The position numbers and the translations under genes are program-made. From Minisyncoccia bacterium (GTDB taxonomy: Bacteria; Patescibacteriota; Minisyncoccia; Phycocordibacterales; UBA918), in the NCBI GenBank assembly GCA_041750655.1, contig JBGSYZ010000007.1, forward strand, positions 41,493-105,492: DNA of 64,000 bases, written 5' to 3'. Each line of letters starts with the position of its first letter. Position 1 is the first letter of the stretch. Below the pieces are notes generated by a model. It was given only the letters and a program-made list of their open reading frames with translations, made no database searches and was not told where the DNA came from. Below, in pieces: positions 40,922 to 49,951 of this stretch.

Positions 40922-41697
40922 TGATTACTAAAAAAACACACGAAGAGATATTGGTCCTGCGCGAAGCGGGGGGTATCTTGGCAACCATCCTAGATAAGTT
41001 GGCGAGTGAAGCCAAGCCCGGGGTCAGTACCGAACACCTCAATGACGTAGCCATTAAAATGTGCGAAGAGTATGAAGTTGAGCCAGTGTTGCTCGGTTAT
41101 CACCCGAGTTTTGCGCCTGCTCCATACCCGGCAGCGGTCTGTACCTCAGTCAATGATGTCGTACAGCACGGTATTCCCTTGGAGGATGAGATTTTAGTGG
41201 AAGGGGACATTATTAATATTGATATGTCGATAGGCCTAAAAGGTCTGGTTGTAGATTCTGGTATTACGGTGCCGGTTGGGAAAGTCGATGGCCGAGCAAC
41301 CGAATTGATAAGTGTTACTAAAGGTGCTCTTTTGGCGGCTATCGAAGTTGCTAAGCCCGGTAATCATATTGGCGATATTAGCGCCACAATCCAACAATAC
41401 GTGGAAAGTCGTGGCTTTGGCCCGGTAGCGGCTCTCTGCGGCCACGGGGTGGGTTATGGTGTCCATGAAGAGCCGCAGATACCCAATGTCGGCAAGAAAG
41501 GTACCGGGCCTTTGATAGAGGTGGGTCACGTGTACGCCATTGAGCCAATTGTGAACGAAGGCAGCGGGGAAGTGATTTTTGATGATGAAGGTGATGGCTA
41601 CCGAGTGTTTTCCGAAGACGGGTCCCGTAGCGCCCATTTTGAGCACACGGTCGTGATTACTGAAGCTGGGGCGGAAGTGCTAACGACTAAAAATTAA
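40921..41697 (+). CDS. map: Methionine aminopeptidase type I
   Basis: SVNDVVQHGIP, GHGVG..HEEP, SAHFEHT. Confidence 0.98.
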   Translation: MITKKTHEEILVLREAGGILATILDKLASEAKPGVSTEHLNDVAIKMCEEYEVEPVLLGYHPSFAPAPYPAAVCTSVNDVVQHGIPLEDEILVEGDIINIDMSIGLKGLVVDSGITVPVGKVDGRATELISVTKGALLAAIEVAKPGNHIGDISATIQQYVESRGFGPVAALCGHGVGYGVHEEPQIPNVGKKGTGPLIEVGHVYAIEPIVNEGSGEVIFDDEGDGYRVFSEDGSRSAHFEHTVVITEAGAEVLTTKN

Positions 41698-41759
41698 GCT
41701 TTAAATAAATTTAAAAACCTGTATAGTTGCTGGGGATTTGTCTATATGAGGAAATGGTA

Positions 41760-42086
41760 ATGCCACTATATGAATCACCAGCTTTGATACTGGCTGGTTT
41801 TGGAGACGAAAAAACATGGCGCAAAGATTGGCGCCTTTGGAATCATTATCATGTGTGCCATATTGTTAGAAGTATTGAGTATACTAAGGGGAAACTTCCG
41901 ACTAGTGAGAGATTCGCTTTGGCTAAAAAATACTTTAAGGCTGTTGCTGAACACAATTTCGGCACCTCAAGTTATATAGTATACATGAATCAAAAAAGGG
42001 CGGCATTTAAGGCGTTAAGAGAAAGTTTAAACTCAACACCAGATTTCATGATCGGTGAAACTCCCCTGTTCAAGGTCTATGATTGA
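41760..42086 (+). CDS. Orphan protein (cassette)
   Basis: TATAGT box, GAGG SD, hairpin at about 42088-42117. Confidence 0.55.
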   Translation: MPLYESPALILAGFGDEKTWRKDWRLWNHYHVCHIVRSIEYTKGKLPTSERFALAKKYFKAVAEHNFGTSSYIVYMNQKRAAFKALRESLNSTPDFMIGETPLFKVYD

Positions 42087-42201
42087 AAAAGATCCGCGAC
42101 GAAAGTCGCGGGCCTTTCTTTTTTTACCCAGTACGCTATACTGCCTCACGAATTACTGGAGGTAATCACTCTTTTGTTTATAAATAATTTTTAATATTTT
42201 T

Positions 42202-42816
42202 ATGTCAAAACTACCACACCAAGAACGGACCTTTGTTATGTTTAAGCCTGATACAGTGCAGCGCAGTCTAATTGGTGAAATCATCAAGCGCTTTGAAGCG
42301 ACTGGTCTAAAGTGTACCGCTATGAAGATGTTTATGGCGGACGAGGAGCGTCTTTTCAAACACTACAACAAAGATGAGGCGTGGTTTATGAAGAAAGGGA
42401 CTGGTATTGTGGAGAACCTCAAAGCTCAAGGCTTGCCAGTTGAGAAAGAAGCGCTTGAGTACGGCAAGGATATCATTCGAGCCAACGCCACATTCATGAT
42501 GTCAGCACCAGTGGTAGCGATGGTGTGGGAAGGTAACCAGGCCGCAGCGGTCATCAAAAAGATTGTCGGTTCGACCGAACCGGCTACTTCAGATGTAGGG
42601 ACTGTGCGCGGTGATTATACAGTCGACTCTTACTCACATGCGGCGGTTGAAGATCGCGCGGTGCGCAATCTCATCCACTGTACTGACCCAGAAGATGGTC
42701 CAGATGAAGCGGAGCGTGAGATTGCTCTCTGGATGAAAGAAGATGAAGTGATGAATTATGTGACGGCTCAAGAACGGATTATGTACGACGTTAATTTCGA
42801 CGGCACCCCTGAATAA
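42202..42816 (+). CDS. ndk: Nucleoside diphosphate kinase
   Basis: ERTFVMFKPD, GTVRGDY, RNLIH. Confidence 0.95.
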   Translation: MSKLPHQERTFVMFKPDTVQRSLIGEIIKRFEATGLKCTAMKMFMADEERLFKHYNKDEAWFMKKGTGIVENLKAQGLPVEKEALEYGKDIIRANATFMMSAPVVAMVWEGNQAAAVIKKIVGSTEPATSDVGTVRGDYTVDSYSHAAVEDRAVRNLIHCTDPEDGPDEAEREIALWMKEDEVMNYVTAQERIMYDVNFDGTPE

Positions 42817-42932
42817 TCCAAAATGAATTTCTAACTTCGTTGTACTACAAAAAAAGATTCTCGCTGGGCTTCAGCCCCACTTGTGTCTTTTTTCTTGTAC
42901 GCCTCGTTAGAAAATCATTTTCAGCTATTCAG
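42809..42932. repeat. Family C palindromic element overlapping the ndk stop
   Basis: Same core motifs as the secY copy with covarying stems. Confidence 0.7.
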
Positions 42933-43037
42933 AATTTGGAGTTAAAGAAAGACTGGTGAAAAAATAATTTAGTGTTCTGGTTATGAAGAGTGTGAACGAG
43001 CCGCAGCTTTGCTGCGGCTCGTTTGCTATAATTGACT

Positions 43038-43190
43038 ATGGAACCACTATTCGTATGTTCCGGAATACATGTGCTCAGGGCTGCCTGTAGTCGCGAGGCG
43101 TAATGAGAACTGGCAACAGATTTCAGACACAAATCGGAAAGGGTGCCCACCTGATATTTAATAGTCAGGAGCATGCGTTTGTGGTTCCTT
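43038..43190 (+). ncRNA. ssrS: Probable 6S RNA
   Basis: TG-C-TATAAT promoter at 43024-43032; rod closed by ggaaccac/gtggttcc and cgtatgttcc/ggagcatgcg; central bubble with GCCCACCTG; terminator 43192-43220. Confidence 0.7.
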
Positions 43191-43249
43191 CGAAAAAACC
43201 GCTTTCGGGCGGTTTTTTCGTTGTTTGCTTATCGTGATACAATTTTCCA

Positions 43250-43630
43250 ATGCTTAAGACTAATACGCTACTTTTCTTGATAGCCGCCTCAATTTTAGCT
43301 GTCGTTCATTATATTTCTTTAGAGTTGTATCTCTATTGGCGTTATCTATGGTTAGACATACCAGTACATTTTTTAGGAGGAGCTGTCGCTGCTCTTGGAG
43401 CGTATGCGTTTTTTGACCTTAGGCTACCACTAGCCAAACACATTGTCGGTGAGTGGTGGCGGACTATGTTGTTTGTGGTATTAATTATGATTGCATGGGA
43501 GTTATTTGAGTTATGGTCAGGAATGCCGATTCAAGATAGCTATGCCCGCGACACAGCTTCAGATTTAGTGAATGGTTTTATCGGGGGTTTATTTGGTTAT
43601 TTTATTGCTAAGCGTATGCGCACACTATAA
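43250..43630 (+). CDS. Membrane protein (D..HF.GG..WELFE..DT..DL family)
   Basis: Motifs resemble VanZ/DUF2238-like membrane proteins. Confidence 0.7.
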   Translation: MLKTNTLLFLIAASILAVVHYISLELYLYWRYLWLDIPVHFLGGAVAALGAYAFFDLRLPLAKHIVGEWWRTMLFVVLIMIAWELFELWSGMPIQDSYARDTASDLVNGFIGGLFGYFIAKRMRTL

Positions 43631-43633
43631 TGT

Positions 43634-44992
43634 ATGTCAGTACTTGGATTTTACGGTGGAGTAGGAAGTGTAACCGGAGCAAATTTTTTGTTAGATACCG
43701 GTAACGCCGCTTTTTTAGTTGATTGCGGTTTGATTCAAGGTGACCGCTTCGCACAAGAAGCTAACGCTGATCCGTTTATTTATAATCCAGCTGATATCGA
43801 TGTGTTAATGGTCACTCACGCTCACGCCGACCATATTGGCCGTATCGGTAAGCTCATCAAGGATGGCTTTACCGGCACTATCTATTCCACTCCTCCGACA
43901 AAAGATTTGGCTAATGTCATGTTACGAGACGCTATAAAAGTTATGCGTTTTGAGGAAGAAAAGTACGGCACAGAAGTATTGTATGAAGAGTCAGATATTG
44001 ATGAAGCCTTGCGCCACTGGAAAACCGCTCCGTACAATCAACCAATTGAAATGCCTGACGATGTTATCGCTACCTTCACTGATGCTGGACACATTCTTGG
44101 CTCGGCGATGGTGCATTTTGAGCGTAATGGCAAGCACATTGTCTTTACTGGTGACATTGGCAATGTGCCTCAACCACTTCTTAACCCACCGGTTCCACCC
44201 ACCAACTATCAATATTTAGTGATGGAAAGTGTGTATGGTGATCGCACTCATGAAGAGGTAAAGGAGCGAACTGATTTACTGCGTTTTTATATTGAAGATA
44301 CAATTAAAAAAGGAGGGACACTGCTTATTCCTGCTTTTTCACTCGAACGTACTCAGGGAATGTTGTATGAAATAAATAATCTGGTTGAGGAGGCGGGAAT
44401 GGCACCAGTACCGGTTTTTCTTGATTCTCCCCTAGCTATCAGCGTAACTGGTATTTACAAGGAACACCATGAATATTTAAAGGATTCAGTCCGTAAAGAA
44501 ATTGAAAGTGGCGATGATATTTTTTACTTTCCAAAGCTCGAGTTTACTAACACTCGCAAAGATTCCGAAGAGATACACGAAGAAAAAGGTCCTAAAGTTA
44601 TTATTGCTGGTAGTGGCATGAGCCACGGAGGTAGGATTTTAGGTCACGAAAAACGATACCTCGAAGATAAAAATAGCACGCTGCTTCTTGTTGGTTATCA
44701 GGCAGTGGGAAGTATTGGTCGACTCCTCAACGATGGCGCCAAGAAAGTGACAATCGATAATGTCGAAGTAAAAGTAAAAGCTCGAGTAGCGCGCATTCGT
44801 GGGTATTCCGGGCACGCTGATCGCGACCAGCTGGTAGAGATAGTGGCTGCTGGTGGCGAGAATGCCAAGCAGGTATTTGTGACCATGGGTGAAGAACGGT
44901 CCTCACTTTTTTTGGTGCAACGATTACGCGATTATTTAGGAGTAAATGCGGTGGCACCGGAGCAAGACCAGGAAGTAGAAATCGACTTCTGA
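43634..44992 (+). CDS. Metallo-beta-lactamase/beta-CASP ribonuclease
   Basis: THAHADHIG, AGHILGS, MESVYG, SGHAD. Confidence 0.93.
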   Translation: MSVLGFYGGVGSVTGANFLLDTGNAAFLVDCGLIQGDRFAQEANADPFIYNPADIDVLMVTHAHADHIGRIGKLIKDGFTGTIYSTPPTKDLANVMLRDAIKVMRFEEEKYGTEVLYEESDIDEALRHWKTAPYNQPIEMPDDVIATFTDAGHILGSAMVHFERNGKHIVFTGDIGNVPQPLLNPPVPPTNYQYLVMESVYGDRTHEEVKERTDLLRFYIEDTIKKGGTLLIPAFSLERTQGMLYEINNLVEEAGMAPVPVFLDSPLAISVTGIYKEHHEYLKDSVRKEIESGDDIFYFPKLEFTNTRKDSEEIHEEKGPKVIIAGSGMSHGGRILGHEKRYLEDKNSTLLLVGYQAVGSIGRLLNDGAKKVTIDNVEVKVKARVARIRGYSGHADRDQLVEIVAAGGENAKQVFVTMGEERSSLFLVQRLRDYLGVNAVAPEQDQEVEIDF

Positions 44993-45078
44993 CCAAAAAA
45001 CAATGAGCGCAAGCGATTGTGTTTTTAGGTCGTTCCGTTAGGCATTTTCATCCCAAAAAATGACTAGGAACACTGCAG
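44990..45078 (+). repeat. Family B-like double hairpin after the beta-CASP gene
   Basis: gttcc..gcattttc..aaaatgac.taggaac-actgcag resembles 16803-16846. Confidence 0.45.
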
Positions 45079-45193
45079 TTTATAGTTTAGTCAAATCTAT
45101 TTCTTTGTTCGCTGCACGTCTGCTGCAATCTGAAAATTTTAAATAAAAAAGAGCGGCGCCAAAGGCGCTGCTCTTTTTGTTTTTACCAGTAGC

Positions 45194-45541
45194 TTACTTA
45201 GCGGCCACCTCTAGAAATCTAGTGAAAGCGGCTGGTCGATCTTTGGCCATAGTGGCCATAATTTTGCGATCAACTTTAATTTCTTTGTCAGCTAATTGTT
45301 TGATGAATTGGCTGTACTTCATGCCGTTGTTCTTCAGAACAGCATTGATGCGAGTAATCCAAAGTTTTCGGAAGTCATTCTTCTTTTTCTTTCGATGGTC
45401 GAATGAGTACAAGCTAGCATGAAAGATCGCCTCGCGAGCCACTCGCTTCTTCTTAGAGCGGTCAAAGCGGTAACCTTTTGTTTCCTCAAGAATATTCTTT
45501 CGGCGTTTATTAGCGGTAACGCCTCCTTTTACACGTGCCAT
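45194..45541 (-). CDS. rplT: 50S ribosomal protein L20
   Basis: MARVKGG, FRKLWITRINA. Confidence 0.99.
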   Translation of the reverse strand: MARVKGGVTANKRRKNILEETKGYRFDRSKKKRVAREAIFHASLYSFDHRKKKKNDFRKLWITRINAVLKNNGMKYSQFIKQLADKEIKVDRKIMATMAKDRPAAFTRFLEVAAK

Positions 45542-45565
45542 AGATTAGGAATTAATTAGTAATAG

Positions 45566-45757
45566 TTACGCGCCTGTCTTTGGAAGAAAGCGGCGAGTAA
45601 TTCTTTTTGAAAGAGTCAAAGTTTGAGTGCGTTTTCGGGCTTGTCGCTGTGTACCTGATTGCTTAGCATTAAAGTGGTTCTGACCCGGTTTTCGTGCCAC
45701 CAACTTGCCGTTCTTGGTCACTTTTATTCGTTTGCTGTACGACTTGTTTGTTTTCAT
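45566..45757 (-). CDS. rpmI: 50S ribosomal protein L35
   Basis: MKTNKSYSKRIKVT; lies between infC and rplT. Confidence 0.96.
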   Translation of the reverse strand: MKTNKSYSKRIKVTKNGKLVARKPGQNHFNAKQSGTQRQARKRTQTLTLSKRITRRFLPKTGA

Positions 45758-45794
45758 AGTAAATTTTGTGTTTTTTGATCGGGCTGTGCTATTG

Positions 45795-45869
45795 GGTGAG
45801 AAAGCCTGGGAGGCTTTCGCAGGGGTTGCCAGCTATTTTTAAGAAGAAAATAGCGTCAGCCCAAATAAG
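45795..45869 (+). repeat. Family B double hairpin between infC and rpmI
   Basis: ggtga-gaaagcct-ggg-aggctttc-gcag-gggttg..gctatttt..aaaatagc..cagccc. Confidence 0.55.
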
Positions 45870-45911
45870 CAAAGTGGGCAAAATATAACGTATTTAGTGT
45901 TAAAAGTAAAG

Positions 45912-46574
45912 CTATATCATCCCGCTTTCTAGTAGTTCATCCAAGCTCTTTTTCTTAGACTTCTCTTTAGTAGTATCGGCTTTCTTAGCAGATTTTTTTT
46001 CTGCTTCAGCTGGGTCTTCTTTGAGTTTGCCAGCCTTCACCGCCTTACCTTCGCGCTCAATAGTGGTTGTCCAGCCTTTAGGGCTTTTTTTGATCGGGTC
46101 AGCCAATTTGTATTCAGCCGGGATGATCTTCAGAAATCGTTCTAGTCGTTCTTTGAGAAAAGCTTCTTCCATGTACTTATACCGTCCCCAAAGAAAGAGG
46201 TCGACTTTCACCCTGTGACCTTCTTGTAGCCACTCAGCTGCTCGTTTAGCCTTAAGTTGTTGGTCATGCTCTCCAGTACCAATCTTTACCTGCACACTCT
46301 TTGTTTCAGTGACGTGACTCTTAGCCTTCACTTCGCTGGCTTTACGCTTTGTTTCATAGCGATATTGTCCGAAGTCCATAATTTTAGCTACCGGTGGTTT
46401 AGCTCCTGGAGAAATCTCAATTAAATCCAAGTTAGCATCATCAGCCGCCTTAAGAGCTTCATCACGTGAAAGAACGCCAAGGTTTTCCCCTTGGGCTCCA
46501 ATTACGCGCAATTCTTTAGCACGGATAGCTTGATTAATTTTGGTTCGAGTATCTTTTCGCGGTGGCAAAGTAAT
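45912..46574 (-). CDS. infC: Translation initiation factor IF-3 (non-AUG start, probably ATT)
   Basis: LDLIEISPGAKPPVAKIMDFG; in-frame ATT at 46574 and TTG at 46568, no ATG. Confidence 0.96.
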   Translation of the reverse strand: MTLPPRKDTRTKINQAIRAKELRVIGAQGENLGVLSRDEALKAADDANLDLIEISPGAKPPVAKIMDFGQYRYETKRKASEVKAKSHVTETKSVQVKIGTGEHDQQLKAKRAAEWLQEGHRVKVDLFLWGRYKYMEEAFLKERLERFLKIIPAEYKLADPIKKSPKGWTTTIEREGKAVKAGKLKEDPAEAEKKSAKKADTTKEKSKKKSLDELLESGMI

Positions 46575-46748
46575 GGGTCTTAATGAATAATTCGCTTAGC
46601 TCTTTCAAATGTTAGTTGTAGAGTTGTATCGCAATATTTATGGGGAACTATACTATAAAAACGAGTAATTGCAACGAATAGTATTTGAATTTATGTTTGT
46701 TTATGATAATCTCCGTCTTGGATGCAGAGTCATTTTAGGAGATGTTAA

Positions 46749-47312
46749 ATGGGTGCCAAGGATTGGACCGAGGAAAAAATCTCTAAATTACAAGAAATGT
46801 GGCTGAACGGAAAGCCCGCTCGGTACATTGCTTCAGAGCTAGGTGCTCCTATTACTCGAAATGCAGTAATAAGTAAAGTAATGGCTCTTGGTATTTATGA
46901 AAAAAGAAGGAGTACCTGTCACTCTCTTTCAGTAAAGCGTGCACCAACTCAAAGACTTGGTGGTCTTAGACCTAAACCAAGGTCTAAAAAAACAAGGTGC
47001 AAAAAAGACCAAGACAAGCCAGACTGTAAAGTGTTGAGGACAGGTCAATTGCTGAATAAGTCTGGTTGGTTAGATGATGATGCGGTTAAACATCGAGTTC
47101 AACAGCTTGAAGGAGAAGCCCTCAAGATACCAGTTGAGAAAAGGTGTGGTGTCATGGATTTGACTGATAACACCTGTCGTTGGTCAATTGGAGACCCAGC
47201 GTCTGAAGAATATTTTTTCTGTGGTAAACCAGTTTGTAAAAAAGCTAATGGAGCACGTTCACCGTACTGTGCCGACCACACAGAAACTGCGTATCATCCC
47301 CAGAAGGTATAG
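46749..47312 (+). CDS. gcrA: GcrA cell-cycle regulator family protein (cassette)
   Basis: WTEE.I..L..MW..G.....IA.ELG..ITRNAVISK; CRWSIGDP....FFCG...PYCADH...AY; AGGAG SD. Confidence 0.88.
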   Translation: MGAKDWTEEKISKLQEMWLNGKPARYIASELGAPITRNAVISKVMALGIYEKRRSTCHSLSVKRAPTQRLGGLRPKPRSKKTRCKKDQDKPDCKVLRTGQLLNKSGWLDDDAVKHRVQQLEGEALKIPVEKRCGVMDLTDNTCRWSIGDPASEEYFFCGKPVCKKANGARSPYCADHTETAYHPQKV

Positions 47313-47382
47313 ACGTAGTAAAATTGGTAAAATAACGATGTATCGTAGTATGAAAAAAGGCGGGCCGACAGGCCCGCCATTT

Positions 47383-48195
47383 TTATTCTAGATTTACTTT
47401 TGGTTTCCAGAGAATAAAGTAACTAGTTTTCTTTTGGTACTCTCGATATTCGTCACCATATTTTTCAATAAATATGTTTTCCAGCATCGGGCCAGTAATT
47501 CTGGTTACGATGTAGGTTATTAGCAAAGGAGAAACAAGTCCAACATAGCCATAGGCAAACGGCACCACCATGACAGCCAAACCCCACCACATAAGTGTTT
47601 CGCCAAAATAATTTGGTCGGCGGCTGTATTTAAACAAACCAGTGGTCATGAGATTGGCTTTTTCTAGGCCACTTTTTTTTGCGGCAATAAATTTATCTAG
47701 CTGCCAATCAGCAGTTGTTTCAATGGCAAAACCTACCAACCAAATAATGCATCCACCAATAATAAATCGTATATCAAATGAAAAGGGATTTGCAATCGCC
47801 AGAACAATCGGTAGTGATACTAAAGTAATGATTATTCCTTGTAGTAGGAATACTTGTGCGTAGCTACGAAAAATAAAATACAACATGCCGTTACTCTGCC
47901 ACGCCACCCGCCAGGCGGCATAACGAGCGTCTTCTGGTTGCCCATAATTTTTATGAAATATGCGTAAACAGAGACGGGCTGACCACACGGCAATGAGAGT
48001 ACTTACTATAGTCGGTACTAATCCAAACGCACCGGTTAAGTACACCGTAGTAACGGTGGCAACAAGATAAATCGGACCATAGGCAATATCCATAATACTA
48101 TTGTCTTCACGAGCTATTGCTACAAGAAAAACCGTAGTAACTGAAATAAGCACTACAAAAAAATAAATACCTAAAGTTGTAAGAGCTATCGACAT
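47383..48195 (-). CDS. DUF1295 / steroid 5-alpha-reductase-like membrane protein
   Basis: EDARY, ADWQL, GLFKYSRRPNYFGE. Confidence 0.9.
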   Translation of the reverse strand: MSIALTTLGIYFFVVLISVTTVFLVAIAREDNSIMDIAYGPIYLVATVTTVYLTGAFGLVPTIVSTLIAVWSARLCLRIFHKNYGQPEDARYAAWRVAWQSNGMLYFIFRSYAQVFLLQGIIITLVSLPIVLAIANPFSFDIRFIIGGCIIWLVGFAIETTADWQLDKFIAAKKSGLEKANLMTTGLFKYSRRPNYFGETLMWWGLAVMVVPFAYGYVGLVSPLLITYIVTRITGPMLENIFIEKYGDEYREYQKKTSYFILWKPKVNLE

Positions 48196-48239
48196 ACGTT
48201 GTAGCTTATATAATAGCAGATGCTACAATATTCTTACGT

Positions 48240-48764
48240 ATGGCCGATGAACCTGTCAAAAAAACCGTAAAGAAACAAACCCGTAAAACCACTACTAAGA
48301 AAGTAGTGGGTAAAGCTGTTACTCCAACAGCAACCAAGGTGGTAACTCCAAAAGCAACCAAGAAAGGTTTGTCATTAAAATTTGTTCTATTTACCATTCT
48401 GGTTTTATTCTTGGCGTCCGGAGGAGCTTTTTACGTAGGGTATTCAGCTGATGGTGCTATTGATGTTAACGAAAAGTTATCAGATGGTTCGACGATGGTT
48501 GAAGGAGCTCAAAATTCAGAAGGAGCCAGCAACACCAATCCACCTCCGTTAAAAGAAAGACCCAAACTTGAACCAGCTAGTGTCGAAACACCAGCGCCAA
48601 CTCCTGAGCCAGAGGTTGAAGGGGTAGCTACCAGTAGTAACGAATCAGCCGAAATCAATGAAGGAGAGAGTAAGGTAGAAAGCGAAACTACAGCACCTGA
48701 AGATGAAGGTGTTATTTCTACCGACGAAGCAGTAGATCCTGCTGAAGAAACACCAACAGAGTAG
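48240..48764 (+). CDS. Single-TM protein with basic N-tail and acidic C-tail
   Basis: K/T-rich N-terminus, TM, E/P-rich tail. Confidence 0.7.
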   Translation: MADEPVKKTVKKQTRKTTTKKVVGKAVTPTATKVVTPKATKKGLSLKFVLFTILVLFLASGGAFYVGYSADGAIDVNEKLSDGSTMVEGAQNSEGASNTNPPPLKERPKLEPASVETPAPTPEPEVEGVATSSNESAEINEGESKVESETTAPEDEGVISTDEAVDPAEETPTE

Positions 48765-48769
48765 GGGGC

Positions 48770-49162
48770 TTATTTCTTTTTCTGTGAACACTTTGTGCAA
48801 CGACAGGGTTGGCAGTGATCTAGCCAATACTCTTGGCCGTAATCATAGGTAATTTCCTCACCATTTTTGATATAGTTCAGGGCTCTGATTAGTATCTTTT
48901 CTTCTTCTTCGTCTATTTCGGCTTCACAATTGGGGTCACATGAATGGTTTATATACCGAGAAGTATTTGAGCGATCTTTACCATCGATAATCCAGTCATC
49001 ATCTAAAGTAAACAGGTACTTGCCGCCCCGCCTATCACCTTCAGCAGTGGTAATTCTCTCTCCAGTGTATTCGATAACCACGGTGTCTGGTTTAATATCT
49101 TCGTGTGCAAACAATCCTAAACCAGCCTTTGAGCGTTTCACTTTTACTTTTGGAAATTTCAT
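48770..49162 (-). CDS. SET-domain lysine methyltransferase
   Basis: GLGLFA, EYTGE, RYINHSCDPN, GEEITYDY, post-SET CRC..C. Confidence 0.93.
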   Translation of the reverse strand: MKFPKVKVKRSKAGLGLFAHEDIKPDTVVIEYTGERITTAEGDRRGGKYLFTLDDDWIIDGKDRSNTSRYINHSCDPNCEAEIDEEEEKILIRALNYIKNGEEITYDYGQEYWLDHCQPCRCTKCSQKKK

Positions 49163-49264
49163 AACGATTATTTTTACCAGGATACATAGCATTTTACAAA
49201 TGTGATGTGGGATAACAAAAACCGGCGCCCTCCGGGCGCCGGTTTCGATCGCATATAACCTCGC

Positions 49265-49951
49265 CTATCGATTGTTGGCTAATTGTTCAGTCAATAATTT
49301 GATAAGAAGTTGCAGTAACTCACGAAGTTGCATTTGTAGTTCTGCTTGATCTGTACTTCGACCGTAGTCTCGATATTTTTCATCAAGTCGATCACGGTCA
49401 CGATCTCTATCACGGTCTTGATCCCTGTCTTCATCACAGTCTCCCTCTCGGTCACCGTGGGCAATGTGGGCCTGTACGGCTGATTGGGCTACTTCGATAG
49501 TTCGACCGTCATGACAAAGTTGACGTTTCCGGTCGTCTTCTCGACTATCGTCACTATCGTCGCTATCGTTATCCATTTCTTCATCATCTGTACTAGCCAG
49601 CTTAGCGGCTGCTTTGTCAGCAATTTCGGTAGCACTTTGAGCTTTTTCTTTAGCGTTGGCATACTTTTCATCATCGAAATCATCTATAGCGTTGGCCAAC
49701 TTTTCTTTTGCTTTGCTCAATTCTTCCTCGGCATCATTTATAGTACTGGTTGCAGCCTCACTATTATCAATATCAGACTCTAGGTTTTCAATAGCGTCTT
49801 CAGCATCATTGATAGCATCAGTTGCCTGTCCTTCTGTAACAGTTGCAGCATAGGCCATATTAGCCAAACCAAAACTCATGAATATAGCGAATACTGCAGA
49901 AAATAATACCGGCAAGACTACTCTCAGGTTTATTTCTAATGTCTTTGTCAT
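49265..49951 (-). CDS. Secreted helical protein with RD repeats and an LCH..AH..HGD..G.C motif
   Basis: Signal peptide, coiled coil, LRELLQLLIKLL C-tail. Confidence 0.7.
   Translation of the reverse strand: MTKTLEINLRVVLPVLFSAVFAIFMSFGLANMAYAATVTEGQATDAINDAEDAIENLESDIDNSEAATSTINDAEEELSKAKEKLANAIDDFDDEKYANAKEKAQSATEIADKAAAKLASTDDEEMDNDSDDSDDSREDDRKRQLCHDGRTIEVAQSAVQAHIAHGDREGDCDEDRDQDRDRDRDRDRLDEKYRDYGRSTDQAELQMQLRELLQLLIKLLTEQLANNR

Noticed and set aside
42929-43174. 81-aa minus-strand ORF
   Set aside because: Antisense to the 6S-like RNA with no start signals.
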